A stretch of DNA of 55,589 nucleotides, from positions 1 to 55,589 of the forward strand of contig MU619405.1 in the NCBI GenBank assembly GCA_025201805.1, in the 5' to 3' direction. Source of the stretch: Parasitella parasitica NRRL 2501 (taxonomy: Eukaryota; Fungi; Mucoromycota). Below the pieces are notes generated by a model. It was not told the origin of the DNA, searched no databases, and saw only the letters and a program-made list of their open reading frames with translations. Made by a program: the position numbers and the translations under genes. Position 1 is the stretch's first letter. Each line of letters starts with the position of its first letter. Of the stretch, positions 1 through 13,965 are shown in pieces.

Positions 1-887
1 ATGAGCAAATATGTGACGATTGAGATTAATATTGAAAAATAAAACTATTTTTGCAGATAACTTTTGATAGAGACATCGCCCAATGAAAACCAAGATATGC
101 TCAGATAGCGATGATCATGCCTGATCTTATGGCGCATAAGACAGTGTTTATTTTGCTGTTTATCGAAGCCTATGATGGATTATCTGCAATTCTGATATGA
201 GAATTTGTGATATCATGTGATAACTTTATAAATATCAGTAAAGACATGGAAGCCAATGTTGTTTCCAGATAGCGCCAAGTCAATGCTAAGTTTTCCAAGT
301 TAGATCTCGGTTCTGAGGTCATTTGAGTAGAAGCTATGGTCAACTTTGTGAAGTTATGGTTAATTTCGAAAAAATAGTATAATTTCTGATAGATTCATCG
401 GAAATTTATGTCTTGGTAGCTCATAAATCTTTTTCATGCTATCTATGCGTTTTAGCTCTTGTGATGCGAAAATGTTACAGTGAGCCTAAATTGGATTGAG
501 GAAGAACACTAGACAACAAAGGAGAAACAAGCACAATAATTTTTTTTGCAGATATCTTTCAGCCTAGACATTTTAGAGATCCTTGTCTCTAGGTATCTGT
601 GAGGGTTTGTGGGGTTTGATACGAAGGAATTTGAGGTCATTATTTATGTAAGCCTTGCAAACGTGGAGGATGGTACCAAGTTAACAACAGAGCTTTGTCG
701 ATAACGAGCGCAATTGCGGCAGAAGTGATTTATAGCCACACGAAATGTGTTAGTCTACTTGGGCGATATACAGAAGGGAACCACCGTCAGCATTTGTATA
801 GACATATGCAACAAAATGCAAGAACAAATGAATAGTGATGAACATTACAAGTAATTTACATTTTTATGTATCTATTTAACAATAGAT

Positions 888-2323
888 TTAATCAAAGGGA
901 AGAGGGCGTGGTTTAGACGAGCCATTCTGATTTTTTAAAGCAGCCGCAGCAATTGCACTAGGGACAGGAATACCACAGCAATCTGGATGTTCTTGACCAA
1001 GAGCAAAAACACCGCCCTCCGGTTTAGGCATACCCGATATATTTTCATGGATATGGCCACATTCGTCTTCTAAACTTTCAGTTTGCGGATGACCACCTTC
1101 AAAATAAATAAGATTTCCAAACATGAAATGTTGCATAATTGGCAACTTGGCCAAGACCTCGGCCTTGTACATTTTTATCATCCCTTGGTTCAATTTTACC
1201 CATGTCTTGCAAGCTGAAATGTCGTCCAACATTGGCGAGTGCCAGCGCAATGATACGGTGGTCTTGACAGTATTGATGAAATGAATACACGCAAGATACA
1301 TGTACGACTCTGAATATGTTTCGACGATGTCAACATCATGGATCGACTTTGGTTTGATATATTTGTGATCTAAAATAAAATAAAATAAAAAAGATATTGA
1401 TTAATAAAAATCTTGTATCTATTTCTCAACTTGTTGATTTTTACCGAGTAACTGAGCAGACCCAAAAAGAAATGGCAAAAAGTGATAATCATCTAAACCC
1501 CAAACACCATGAGACCCTGCAGGCTCAAGCCAATATTCAAATTGAAGCTGTCTCATCAACTGGATATATCTACAATAATGCAGACACGTATAAAATCAGT
1601 ACATGGCATTTCTCTTTGGCGCAAGACATCGCCATACTCACTTTACAAAGATTCTCAGCACAATAGCCTTATCATCTGCCTCATTGAAAACTTGTAGCTT
1701 CTCCAAGCAAAGTCTAGTAAATGGATAAATAAATGTACTTTTTGATAAATGAAATGCTGAATTTACTTACAAGAATGCCATAAAATTGGCCTCATGTCCA
1801 GTACCGTAATCGATTCTCTTTTGATTTCCAAAACTCTCATAGAAATACTTTCCAACCTCTTTAATTGCAGGCTCAGGAACAAGATTCTTGAATAATCCTG
1901 CAACAGACTTGATTGAATTTGTTTGTTAGACAAAAATTTGGCCTTTTTTTTTTTTTTTTTTTGATCTGGTATGCTACTAACATCTTTCACTTTCTCATAG
2001 AACGTTCTAAAAGCAGGATTACCGAAACGCGATTTGGAGTTTTCCACTTGAGGTATATCCTTGACCCAAGCTGATAAAGTTTCTAAAATATCGAGTACTG
2101 CTTGCACATTCTATTATTGATATATATTAGTTTTACCTGTTAAATATTTGTTTAATAGTGAGGTTACCTTTGACACATAGATATCTGAATCTATCTTCAA
2201 GTTTTTGATAGAGTCGTTGAGTCGTTGAATGTATCCAATGTATTCTTTATAGGCATTGGATACCAAGAACTGGTCAAGGTCTTCTTTGGTGACAATGCGC
2301 TTGATGGGGATAGTGTATTCCAT
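888..2323 (-). CDS. RRD2: Serine/threonine protein phosphatase 2A activator (PTPA), RRD2/YPA2-like; multi-exon
   Basis: Exons encode [10 protein letters not shown]...[12 protein letters not shown]...[19 protein letters not shown] (PTPA family motifs) and a C-terminal [10 protein letters not shown] segment typical of fungal RRD2-type proteins. ATG at 2323, stop at 888. Confidence 0.93.
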
Positions 2324-2672
2324 ATTGTAGAAAGAAATGAAAGAAAGATTGATGAATGAAAGGTACAAACCATGTTGTTGATTGTGACTCGAAGAGTGAG
2401 TTCTAAAGCAGGCTAAGAGATCAGGATATCTTCTATATATTCAAGAATCAGAAGCAACGAATCATAGTATAACCTCTTTGCTTAGCATTGTATCCGCTTG
2501 TTGTCAATGCCTTCGGAACCCTCTCATATGATGGAATAACTTTGCATTAGGCGTTTAGCATGTCTCCCAAGCATCAAGTAAGCATTAGCTCTCGAGTCAC
2601 AATGTGACCATCCAATGTCAAATATAAAAAAAAAAAAGTTCATGAAGGCTTTGCCCTGCTTTTTAACGTATC

Positions 2673-5600
2673 ATGAGTAAATTGACATCTGAAAAAATTG
2701 CCAAAGCGCTCAAAGGAGCAGGATTGTCCAGCAAGCAAAGAATCGAAAAAGCCAAAGAAGCATGGACGAATGATGCCATCTTTTTTCCCAATAAAGATGA
2801 CTTTTTGCTCGATTGGATCTGTTCAGCATTTGCCAAACCCAACATGAAAAAGTAAGTTATGCTGAGGATTGACAACTCAATATTCGGCAGTTGACAAGCA
2901 TTTAGGATGGATGACTGCTGCCTGCTACAGCTCTCTTACTGGGATTTATTGACTGATCTCCTACAACATTATTTGGAAAGAGCTCGTTTGGATCCCAAAC
3001 GCATTGCTCCTACTGTACATGCCAATCTTGTCTTGTCTGTGTCAACCCTTCTATATCAATTAGACAAAAACAACGCTGATTATCCTCAACAACGAATTGA
3101 TTTTTATAGTAGATGTCGCAAATGCTTAGAAATCTTGTTTTCTGACATTTCCGTCTTGTCCTATAGACCAGCATTTGAGCATGTCTCAGCCGCTGTAGAT
3201 CAAGTATTGGCTAACATGTCTACGCAAATTAGTCTGTGCAATAAAGATAGCATGGATGAAAAGGAAGCGGACGCTTTAAACCAGCTTTCCCTTCTTGCAC
3301 AAGTGCTTTTGAAGAAATACGATTCTCAGCTCGTACTGGCCGCTAATCAGAAAAAAGTAAACAATGGAACATGCTGATATGATACAATGTTGCTAACAAT
3401 TGAAATACTAGATTTTCTTGGCCATTGTCGACAAGTCACTGATTAAATTACTAGCTATTCGACGTAGAATCAATCTTGTCAGCAACACAAACGAGACAGG
3501 CAACACTTCTCAAATCATCACTGACATTGTCTGTCATGCGCTTTTTCACGCGGACACTGTATTGGAATACACTTCTGTTTTGAAAGAAGTCAATGCCCCC
3601 GATAATGCCACCTCTGGGAATGTCAAACAAACCAATTACGTTATTAAACTCTTTGATACACTTGAAAATATGGTTACAAATACCAACGATGAAGAGCAAA
3701 TGCTAGATGGTAAGAAAATGGAGAGTGAGATATATTTTGTTTGGCTGAAACAATATATTGCTTAGTTGTGGGCATTGTGCCTATCTTGCTCTCAGCCTTT
3801 CTCGATGCGTTTAGGCAAAAGCGAAATACAACTACCAGTGCAATGGAGGATGTCAGCAGAATGGCAGAGTTTGGAATATTTGTGTATTTGTTAAAGATTA
3901 TCTCCAGCATCAAAGGAAGCAATATGTCTGTTTATTTGGAATCTCTGCGTCGATTATTGAAAGAGTTTTTGCAATGGAATATCTACAGCTCTCGCAATGA
4001 TGATATTGCAAAGTCCCAGCAAATTGTGTTGAATAAAATTACTGATGAAGTGGTGGATTATCTTGCTGACTCAAAGCGTAAGTGACACTTGGTGTGATTG
4101 TAAGGTTTGCATATTAATTGGGATATGCACAGGTTACAATCAATCACTTGTTTTGGATGTAGCTGATACACTTCTTCAAATTGATCTTTCTCTAATTGAA
4201 AGTCGCATTCAAACTTTATGGCCCTCCATGCTTAATGTAAGTCAAAAGTAGTTATGTAAAGTGTTTATTTGTACTGAATCTTTTTATGTTCAGCCTGAAT
4301 CCAAAGCTTATGAGTCCTGTGTGCATTTTGCTAAATCTGTTATGAACACCTATTCAGCCTCTAGACAAATTGACGTTTTTATTGCAGACATCATCAAGAA
4401 TATTGGACAGATCGAGACTGAAGATGTGTATACCTTGTTGGCAAAACCGATGTTTACTAGAGACTTCTTGAGCGAGTAAGTCCAGTAGACTCCTCAACAA
4501 GCTATATATTTAACTTCTTGCCACAGATTTGGCTCTTTGATTACAAAATCAATGCCTGCCGCTCAAGCTTTAGGAATATTCAATGATCTGAAATCTGCCT
4601 TAATAGCCAACGTATTCAAACCAACACACAAGCCAGCCACAAAAAAGCAAAGAAAAAGTGTTGCTCATGCCCCTGTTAAATCAGAAGTTCTTTTGATTAC
4701 GTTTTATTTTGTTGAATTCATTAACGCTTTGCGATTAAATCAACATCAACTTTTAGCATTTGAATCATCTGCCAAAGAGATCTTTGAAGATTTTGTCAAG
4801 CCTAGCATTTGTGTCTGGATGGATACGAAAGGAAATATCGAAGACACTATTTTACCTGCTATGCAAATTCATTCAACCTTAAGCACTACAATCTTTGAAG
4901 CATATACCTGCAAAATTAGCCACGATGATCGACAATGGCTAGCGAATTCGTACCTCAAAATATTTAGCGAGAATGTCAAATTAGATGTTTTGGGTTCTCG
5001 AATTGTTGCGGCTACCTGTGTAAGCAAAATCCTTCCAAAATTTCTACATATAATACTAACCAACTCCTTCATTAGGCCAACAGCATGTTACAGCATGTCT
5101 ACTATACAGTTCTTTTACAAATATCTTCAGCAGAGCAAACATCCGACCTTGTTAATGCCATTGTTGATTTTGTTACACAATCAGAAAAGAAAAATATATG
5201 GTACAACAATGCCAGATGGAATGGTTCGATTCTTGATCTCCATACCCAAAATGCTGTAAAACTTGCTTGTTGGAAGTTGATTTCAGACGAATGGTTTGAA
5301 CCTGTAGCGTAAGTACTCGTATTGCGTTGTAACTTTTAGTGGTATTCATGCAATGCTCGCTTCTTATGATGATAGACGCTTTATTGACAATCCGAGATCA
5401 GAAAAAATTTCCAGTATGATTTTTAATACATTGACAATGGAGGTAAATGCAGAAACGACTATCTCACCTCAAAGCTTGAGTAAAACACTTGTCAGATCTG
5501 CCAATTTCTATGAAGCAAAATGTTTCAAAGGTATATATTTATATATTTTTGGGGTTGTGTTTGCAACTGATTTTGTGGCGCCATAGCTTTTAGCATCAGT

Positions 5601-8161
5601 ACCATTTTGAATATAGTTATTGAATTTTTCAAAAGCAAACTTGTGCAAGCAACTTCAGGCGAACTATCAATTGTTGCAGCAAACATGATATCAGCTGTTG
5701 ATCTCACTAAACCTTTAACGATCGATCAAAACGACATGATGAAACTGTCTGAAGCTGTTCAAGTCAAACAAGATGTCATGGATCAAGATGCTAATTCCAC
5801 CAGCACAAATAATATGAACAAGATCAACACCCTGTTGAAGCTTTTATTGCTGTTTCCCAGCGAGTATTTCGAAAAAAACGAACGTCCTCAAGCCTTATAC
5901 ATTGCAACTCTGTTGGACATGTGGGCTGTTACTTATGAAGATGCAGCGCCACTGATTCGCATGAAAGTATCATTGATGTGTAGAACACTGCATATAAGAT
6001 TTATTGGATACTTCAGCATTAATAGCATTCTGGTAAATTGTTACGATTTTATTTACTTTCGTATAATATTCAACAATTTTTTAGGGCCTTGATTCAAACA
6101 TGCTGGATTGGCTTGTTACTTCGTGTCGGAAATGGTCTTCCATTAACTCGGAGGATGTAGTAAAGACATTCAACTCACTCGAAAACATTACTGATGAACT
6201 TGATTTAAACATTTTGCGTAAAATCATATCAAATGCTGGCGCAAAACAACCTGCCGAGCAATCAGTCAGATACTTTAAGGAGACCTTGGAGCGCCGTGTA
6301 CAAGATCTTGGAGAAAGCCCAGTATTGGCAAAGCTGATCAACATTTTGCGAGCCATAAACTTGGCTTTGAGTGGTAGGAAGACAGCTGATGTTGATCTCT
6401 CAAATATAGTTTATGCAGTTGATACGGTGTCCCGAGTCAGTCAATACATAATCACCTCGTTGACAAGAGCTAAGGCTACTATTGCTACTATATCTGATCA
6501 AGTGAAGAATAACCCAGAGCAAACACATCACATTATTCAAGAAAAAGCAACCATCTTTGAAAACTTCAAGCGCATTTTCCATTTGACACGCTTATTACAA
6601 GAGTATGCTCGTATTGTCGGACCTGCTGTAGATCAAGGTAACATTTCGCAAATACCATCAAACGATCATTGAATTAATTGAATCACTCTTAGCCATTGAA
6701 GCAAAAGAACTTTCAAACACGTTGACCGCTTTGGCATCGCCTTTCATCCAATTCTTACAGTCAGCTCTTCTCTCTAAAAAAGCTCAAAACGAGGTTGTAT
6801 TGAATATGACAACTGAATTTATTGCTGCCTTTTGCTCAATATTGCCGAGATACCAACAAGTGGATGCCACAAAACGTGTATTAGCTGCCATCTGGTTTGT
6901 TTATACTTTGGTCTTCAAAACAGGTACGCAGCAAACAATGTGTGAGTTATTCGATCATCTTTTTTTTACGCATACGGCGAATTTTGTAGGCGATAAGAAA
7001 TCTCTCGACGTCCTGTCTGTTGCATTCGCTTCATGGATCCAATCTTTGTCTAAAGAACAGTATGCGATTGTATTGCAAAGCTTTGTTGAGCAGGCTGAGG
7101 AAGAGGCTGCCAAGCGTCAAGACGTGACCAAGGATCAGCATCATTTAGTCTTTCTACATCTCTTTTCTCTTTTGCTAAGCAGCTGTGTTGACAGTATGTA
7201 TTTATCTGTTGTAATGAGAATTTTTCCATTGCTGACATTTCCTTTGACTAGGCGAAAAAGGTCGTTTAAGAAAGCAGGCATCTGCATTCGTGTTGAAAAT
7301 GTCTCTTATTGCTGGCAGAACAACATCCTTGAAATATTTGCAACAAATGCTAAGGATACTTATCCAATTGACTGGTGACCCAGTAAGTGATTCTCTAGAA
7401 AACCATGACCTTGCTGCTCATCTATCATTTTTTATTGATAGTCGTATCATTTCAGCGACTATGATGCCTCTATCATTTTGTCATGTCTTTTACAAGTAGC
7501 GCATCCCACAGCACCCAAGAGATTCAAAGGTCAAATGAGTCACGACATTGCTCAATCCATTTTCTCGGATATATGCTCTGTTCTATCGAATCTAGTCAGT
7601 CATCACAAAGATCAGGTTGTATATATGATGCCTCCCTTTATTGCGTTTGTTCAATCATTATTACACTGCTTTAAATCAACGCATGTCTCTCTTGTTAGCG
7701 GCACACCTGTAATTGGCACTCGAAAGCGCAAGTACAATAACAATAATCAAACTGAAAAGAATGACAAAAAACTTACTGGTCGCGCAATTCCTTTAATGTT
7801 TGAATTTACACCTCTGGATGATTCTGCAGCTCAAAGATTTGCTCGTATTTTAACAACGATACCGCTAAAACAACACACGCAGCAAAAGAATGCAAAAAGC
7901 TCGCAAACTCTGCAGAAGATCATTGCTAAACATACGCCTTCTGTTTTGATTGAATATTTCACTATCCAAGCTGACCCAACTATGAGTGTGGTGAATCCCA
8001 GTACGAAGTCCATTTTGACGCATGCCCTGTATGATATTTTAGATATGTGCTCAGAATCAGATCGTACCTTTATCTTGAACTGCTTAGATAGTCCAGGCAA
8101 AGCTTTGTTCAAGAGCTTTTATATTAATTGGAAGAATAACCACAAGTATACTGGTCAATAG
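2673..8161 (+). CDS. URB2: Nucleolar pre-ribosomal-associated protein Urb2/Npa2; many exons
   Basis: N-terminus IAKALKG...FFPNKDDFLLDWI and C-terminus ALYDILDMCS...GKALFKSFYINWKNNHKYTGQ match the Urb2 family pattern. Consecutive helical ORF blocks are joined by GT-AG introns. Confidence 0.82.
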
Positions 8162-8324
8162 ATACTGTTTAATAAATAATTTTATGTAGAATCTTTGAAC
8201 ACTTATGATCTCCCATGAGCAGCATCCAGTATATGGGTATATTTCATGTGCATTTTACCAACGACTAATAAATTTATTACAAATTAAAAGATTAAACTAT
8301 TTTTTTTTTCTTTTTCTCTTTGAT

Positions 8325-11300
8325 CTATTTCTTTCCAAATAAACCACCATTCTTGGAAGTAGTAGACAAGGAATCACTATCAACTAGAGTAACCTTGACA
8401 TGAATCTCTCCAGTTCCCTCGGGTGACAAGGGTAACCAACCATCAAATGGTTGTCCAGGTTTGACAGAGTTAGTAATATTGAATTGGTTATCTCCAATAT
8501 CAACATCGGTAATAGTGTTATGATCTTTGACCTTGAAATCCAAAATGCCTGAATCCACTCTGGTGGTGAACGATTCATTCCAGTCAGGCGTCAATGTCTT
8601 TTTCAAATGGCGAGTCTTGAAAACAACCTTTCCACCGACACGGACACGACAATAAGGGTCACTGGTTCCTCCACGATCCATTGCCTTTAGGTTTCTAGCT
8701 TCAATCAAATCAACTCGAACAGTGAATCCATCATCGCTGATAGTTCTACTTTGTTGGCTGGCAGAATTGCTGGGAGAAACATTGGAAACATTTTCACCTG
8801 TTGCAGCAGCAGTAGGGCTAGCAACCTCACGATCCAGTGGGGTATTATCATTTTCTTCGATCGTCGAGGAAGATTTCTTTCCAATGTTACCAAAGCTGCG
8901 AATGCCACTACCTAAAGCAGATACACCGGAACCAAAGACTTTACCTCCAGCGCCTAGTATCTTTTCGCCTGCACCAAAACCAGCACCAACAACATCTTTA
9001 CCAGCACCGATGGCATTTCCAGGAGCAGATGTAAATACACGAGTAGTGGCAGAAAAGATGTTGGTTTGAGAACGCTTGCGGGCAACCAACTCGGGTCTCC
9101 AGGTCAAACGGAGAGTAAGAGAGCCTCCTTGATCAAAAGCGAATTCTTTGGTAGTTGTAACAAAAGTCTCGACTTCTTGGCTAGTGAAGGTGATTTTACA
9201 TTTACCAAGCGAGGTGTCTTTTCCAATTTGATCCCAATCAAAGCATTCGGCGATAATTGGAGTATAGATACGATTGACAATAGGTACAGTGAATGTTTCA
9301 TCTTTGTTAAACACTGGGTTGAGAGTCTTTTTGTATGTCTGGGTTTTGTATACGCGTTCGTCATCAACGTAGAAACGAATGAAAGGATCGCTGGTACCGC
9401 TGCGATCGGCGGCTGTCAGATTGGTTGCCTTGACAACAGCAACAGTTATGTTACCTTGGTTTTCAAGACTCTCGGTAGGATCTAATTTGAACTTGATAGC
9501 AGGAATAAAGGCGAAGCTGAGGCGAATTTTGCCTCCAGCAGACTCCAATAGAATAAGTTCTTCAATTGCAGGCTCGGTAATAGACTCATCTTCGGATGCC
9601 TTCATCAAGCGCTCGACAATCTTGCGGACTTCAAGCGTACAACGACCAAGAGATTTATCATCCTTGTCTCCATCGCGAAGATTTCTGACACGAACGATCA
9701 ACTTGGAAAAGTCCATTTCCTTAACAAAGGCAGTGCCTGTCTCGTTGATTTCAAAATGAGATCCCTTTTGCTCGGCAGTGCTAAATTGAGGGTCGTTTGA
9801 ATCCAGCATGAGGTCGACAACTGCCTTGGCAGACTCTCCAAGTGTAACAGAGTGTATCTTGACAGCCAATACACCAGATTCATAAGAGCTCAAATCGATG
9901 AGTTTCTTGTCAGCAGAGATAGTCTTGTATTTGATCAATTCACCATGAAGCTCTTTTTCGGGGAGCTCCTTGGGCTTCTCAATCAACTCAGGTTCTGACA
10001 TTTCTCCACTGTCAGCAGAGCCTTCTTCGTGATGATGTTCTTGCTTTTTCTTTTCATCTTCCTTGGCCAAAGCCAATGTAGGGAAGAAGGAAGCGGTGAA
10101 TTTTATAGTGCCACGACCCTTCTTGCGATCAAGACTAGTCAAGCTAGCTTCGCGATCAACGGTTTCAGTTGGTTCATAGTAGGTTTGACCATCGTCAGTC
10201 TTAATTTCTTTCATAATGTCCTTTAAAAGTAAGTCCGTGATACCCAAACTCTTGTCTTTGGAACTTTCGTTGTAATCCATGACTTCAAACACTAAATCTT
10301 CGCGCTTGGAGTGAACAGGAACGTAGAGAACTTGATTCCAAACAGGATCGAGGTTGTCATCAACACGTTCAGTCTGGCCACGGTTTTGCACACCAGACAT
10401 GATACGAACATAAGGATCAGATTTACCTCCAGTCATGGCCTCGACGTTCTTGAGGTCTTTGGCACCGATAAAGTTAACACGAACAACACCTACAGGAGCA
10501 CGATAACCACCATGAGAAAGGCCCTCGGTAAATCCAGTCATGGTAATAGGCTTCCATTGCATGCTCAGATGAATCTTGCCAGAGCCTTCTTTGAGATTCC
10601 ACCAATCTCGACCATTAATAAAAATATCCTCCTCAAACTCTTCTAATTTAGCATCCCAGCGACCCAGCAATCTCTCGTCAAAGGAAGAATCAAGCACATT
10701 GACTCGCAAGTTAAGTTGGGTCTTGTCTGTGACAAAGAGTTCGACTTGTTTGTCCCAGCGAGGGTTGATACTGCGCTTGAAGGGATTGGTGCGAAGTCGT
10801 TCGATATCATTCACTTTGACGACAGCATAAGGGCTAATATCACTCTTGCTGCCAATGACAGGAATACTGATGCCGCCACTCTTTTGCTGACCGCCCAATT
10901 CTTTGCATTCGTGGACAGTAAAACGCAAAACACCACTGTCTGTGTGAAGGATATGTACGGTCAATTGACTGATGAATCGATATTATACACATATACGACT
11001 TACTTGATTCTTGAGGTGGAATGATGGTGCCATCTTCTTGTTTATCAGAGCTATTGACAGGGAAATAGTGGAAATCACACTTGACTTCGCCTGAGGGCTT
11101 TCCTTTCTTTAGCACAGGAAGGGATCTAGATTCACAAGGTTAGAAATTAGTTGTAGGCATATATATAATGAGGTGCAATACGTACAATCCTTCGGCAAGG
11201 TTGTCAGATTCGCCAAGGGTCTTCATATCAAAGGTGCATGTACCAATTGATGTATCACTTCTACCAGTATTGCGGTCCATTACCTCTAATACCAAGATCT

Positions 11301-12968
11301 CGTTGATGTTATTTATTAGCACAAAGAGTGTTTCCTCAAACTTGGGGTTCTTGCTATCTTCAATATACTTTGTGCGTCCAACTTCAGCATTGTTGACGTT
11401 TCCGACATGAAGAGTAATATAAGGATCGACTGTACCAAACATATCGTTATCTTTAAGTCCATTAGCAGAGTGAATTTTGATAACTAATACGCCATTAGCA
11501 GAATCTGCGTGAGAAAAAAAAAGGATTAATGAATGAGTAAAAAGGACACGAACTTGTGCAATTTACTCAAGTCGGTTCCACCGGCCATCATGCCAGCAAC
11601 ATCTAATGTAAACACATTGGGTGCATACATCATAGGTCCAAGTGTAGCATGAACTTGTTCTTGAACAAAGGATTCGAGACCGGGAATCTATAAACATATA
11701 TGATGAGCACAGGGTGCATTTATGCTGCAAATATACTTTTTTACATTGTTGATATCAAAGCCAAATGTCTCACCACCAACAGGTTTAAGAGAGTAATCGA
11801 AATGAGGCTTTTCCAAGAAAGAAGCTTCGACAGTTTTGATATGGGGGAATTCGTTAAACATTCTGAATTTCAGTCGAAGATGACCTGAAAACGCAAGATC
11901 TTCCAACAGGATGGGCATGCCAGCGCCGACAAAGCCTTTGCCAACACGGATTGTTAATACAATTTTGGGGTTTATCTTGGACTGACGATCACGCTCGGTG
12001 AGATCGAGGGTATCATTAGGGATGAATGAGAATTTCCAGTCCATGCAGACAATATTAGGCTCGGTTCTGGTGAGTGTCTTGATGCCCTCTATGCGAGGAG
12101 ACTTGGTGCCCAGAGTGAATGACGTTAAGCGAATAGAGTCGAGGAAAGAAGGGCAGTTGTCAACCAAGATGGAATCGGCAATACCAATAATTTGAGCAGA
12201 TAGAACGGGTTCATAGATCAGCCAAAATCTTGACATAAAGTGATTGATCCAATCTGCAGACTCCACATCAGTTTCCAGGCGGTTGATAGCCAATTCTCTT
12301 TGGACGTCGTCTCTGATGTTTCTTCTGAGACGACGGATAGATGTTTGATAGTAAGTAGCCAAGAATGCGCCAACAACTAGACATGCCATCAAGCCTCCTC
12401 CAAAGCGGGTCAGCAGCCAAGTGAAGACAACAGTAAACAACATGGCAGCCGTATTGTGATACCATTCACCATAATAGGCTTCCTTTAGGAACTGGGATAC
12501 CAAATCCTTTTCACTTTTATTACCAGTACGAGCACCTTTATACATGGTGATGAGAGCGTCCAGCCCCAATTTAGAGCCAAGCTCCTCAATAGCTTGCTCA
12601 TTTCCAGGATTAGCAAGTGTAGAGAACGCGTCCCAACCCACCTTTTTATCAGAAATGAATGAGCCAGGCTTCGATAACGACGATGATGAAGCTTTTTGTT
12701 GATCTTGGGGGAGCTTTTTGATGGGCTTGGATTCAGCAGAAGCGATAGCATTAGCAAGTGTATTTGAGTCATTTGTGCCTTGATCATTGGCCATGGAGAC
12801 ATCCGCTTTAAGTTGAGGCAAGCTTTCAGTAACGACATTCGCCTTCTTTTCAGCTTCAGCTTTTTTATCTGCTGGTGATAATGATTCACTGAAATCACTC
12901 ACAGTTTTCACTGCTGTTTGAGTCACCTCGTTCAAGATATTGTTCTCTTGCTGACTACCACTATCCAT
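8325..12968 (-). CDS. Tricalbin / extended synaptotagmin (TM hairpin, SMP domain, multiple C2 domains)
   Basis: Hydrophobic hairpin, SMP motif ESADWINHFMSRFWLIYEP...SFTLGTKSPRI, and repeated C2 motifs (GKSDPYV, ADRSGTSDPF, MDRGGTSDPY, KKTLNPVF, KKTLTPDWNE). Confidence 0.95.
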
Positions 12969-13514
12969 TATTATTGATCAAAAGGAGAGAAAAAATAAAC
13001 AAAAAGAGAGAGAAAAGGTGTTGAAATATAGTCTTTTTTTTTTTCTTGTGGCACCTTGCAACACTTTCTTTTTCTAAAATTGTGTAGCTTATCGTCATTG
13101 ACAAGATATATCATCAAATCATAGTTTTATCATTATTCATCATAAACTAAACTTGAAATAGAATCTAGATTGAGCGCAAAGCTCTCTTTCTTTCTTTCCT
13201 CAACCTTAATGATTCATGCCATGTTAGCTGCACCAGTGGTGAGATCGTAATTTTGCCTTGCATTAAAAGGGAGAGTGCATACTACTAATAAGGGTGATTT
13301 AGGTTGCATCGGCGACACAAGGCTCAATCACTTGTTTTTGCCTTTTTGAATCATGTCTCCTTACAGTCGCTCCAACGCCAAAGGGCGGTTTATATTTATC
13401 AGAAGATGTCTTATAAAAGTATTGATTTCGCTTTGGTGAGTGCACTAATAATTAACTTTTTTCTATTAAGTTCTAAAATCGATTCGTCTTCCATTAAGTT
13501 GGAAACCAGGCTCG

Positions 13515-13639
13515 GATTTGATGAGCAAGCTATTGTTCAATGATCCATTAATTATAAATTTAGTTGTCGAAGAATTACAGGGTATTTTATACTAATATAT
13601 AATTAATGGATCATTGAACAATAGCTTGCTCATCAGATC
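13515..13639. repeat. Long near-perfect inverted repeat (42-bp arms, 41-bp spacer)
   Basis: 13515-13556 gatttgatgagcaagctattgttcaatgatccattaattata is the reverse complement of 13598-13639 with one mismatch. Confidence 0.92.
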
Positions 13640-13675
13640 AGTACGACTACGGCTATGCGACTACGACTGCGACCA

Positions 13676-13965
13676 AAGGGATACTCATAGACGTTTGTCG
13701 TTTAAAAAATAAACATTTATTTAAAAGACACATGTGCATATTAGAACGGTGTTTTATCATAGCATTTGATGATTTGGCGTTTAGAGTGACTACAAAAGCT
13801 ATAGAGATCACTGATGTGTACATTATTACACGCATCGCCAATCCTACTAGATAAGTTTTCTTCATTCATAAGCCGATCGCGCTTCATTTTCCCTTCAACT
13901 ATTGCCCAAAAATGTTCAATGGGATTCAATTCAGGTGAATAAGGAGGTAGACACATTATACGGCC
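13676..13965 (-). mobile_element. Tc1/mariner (IS630-Tc1) DDE transposase, 3' fragment with probable terminal sequence
   Basis: LPPYSPELNPIEHFWAIV motif, which carries the catalytic E of DDE_3 transposases. Stop at 13741, 5' truncated. Putative TIR aagggatactcatagacgtttgtc at about 13676-13699 has no partner that I could find. Confidence 0.88.

Noticed and set aside
1-800. Coding-like but stop-riddled sequence, and similar tracts at about 14300-16900 and 43850-44700
   Set aside because: Possibly old pseudogene or TE debris, but I could not read a diagnostic motif in the frames I translated.
10935-11002. TCCTTCAC near a tricalbin intron 3' end, resembling a U12 branch site
   Set aside because: The donor is GTAAGT (U2 type), not RTATCCTT.
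8384-12898. Many antisense or alternative-frame ORFs over tricalbin (likewise over RPL3, PDI, ECT1 and URB2)
   Set aside because: Shadow ORFs caused by the codon bias of the real genes.
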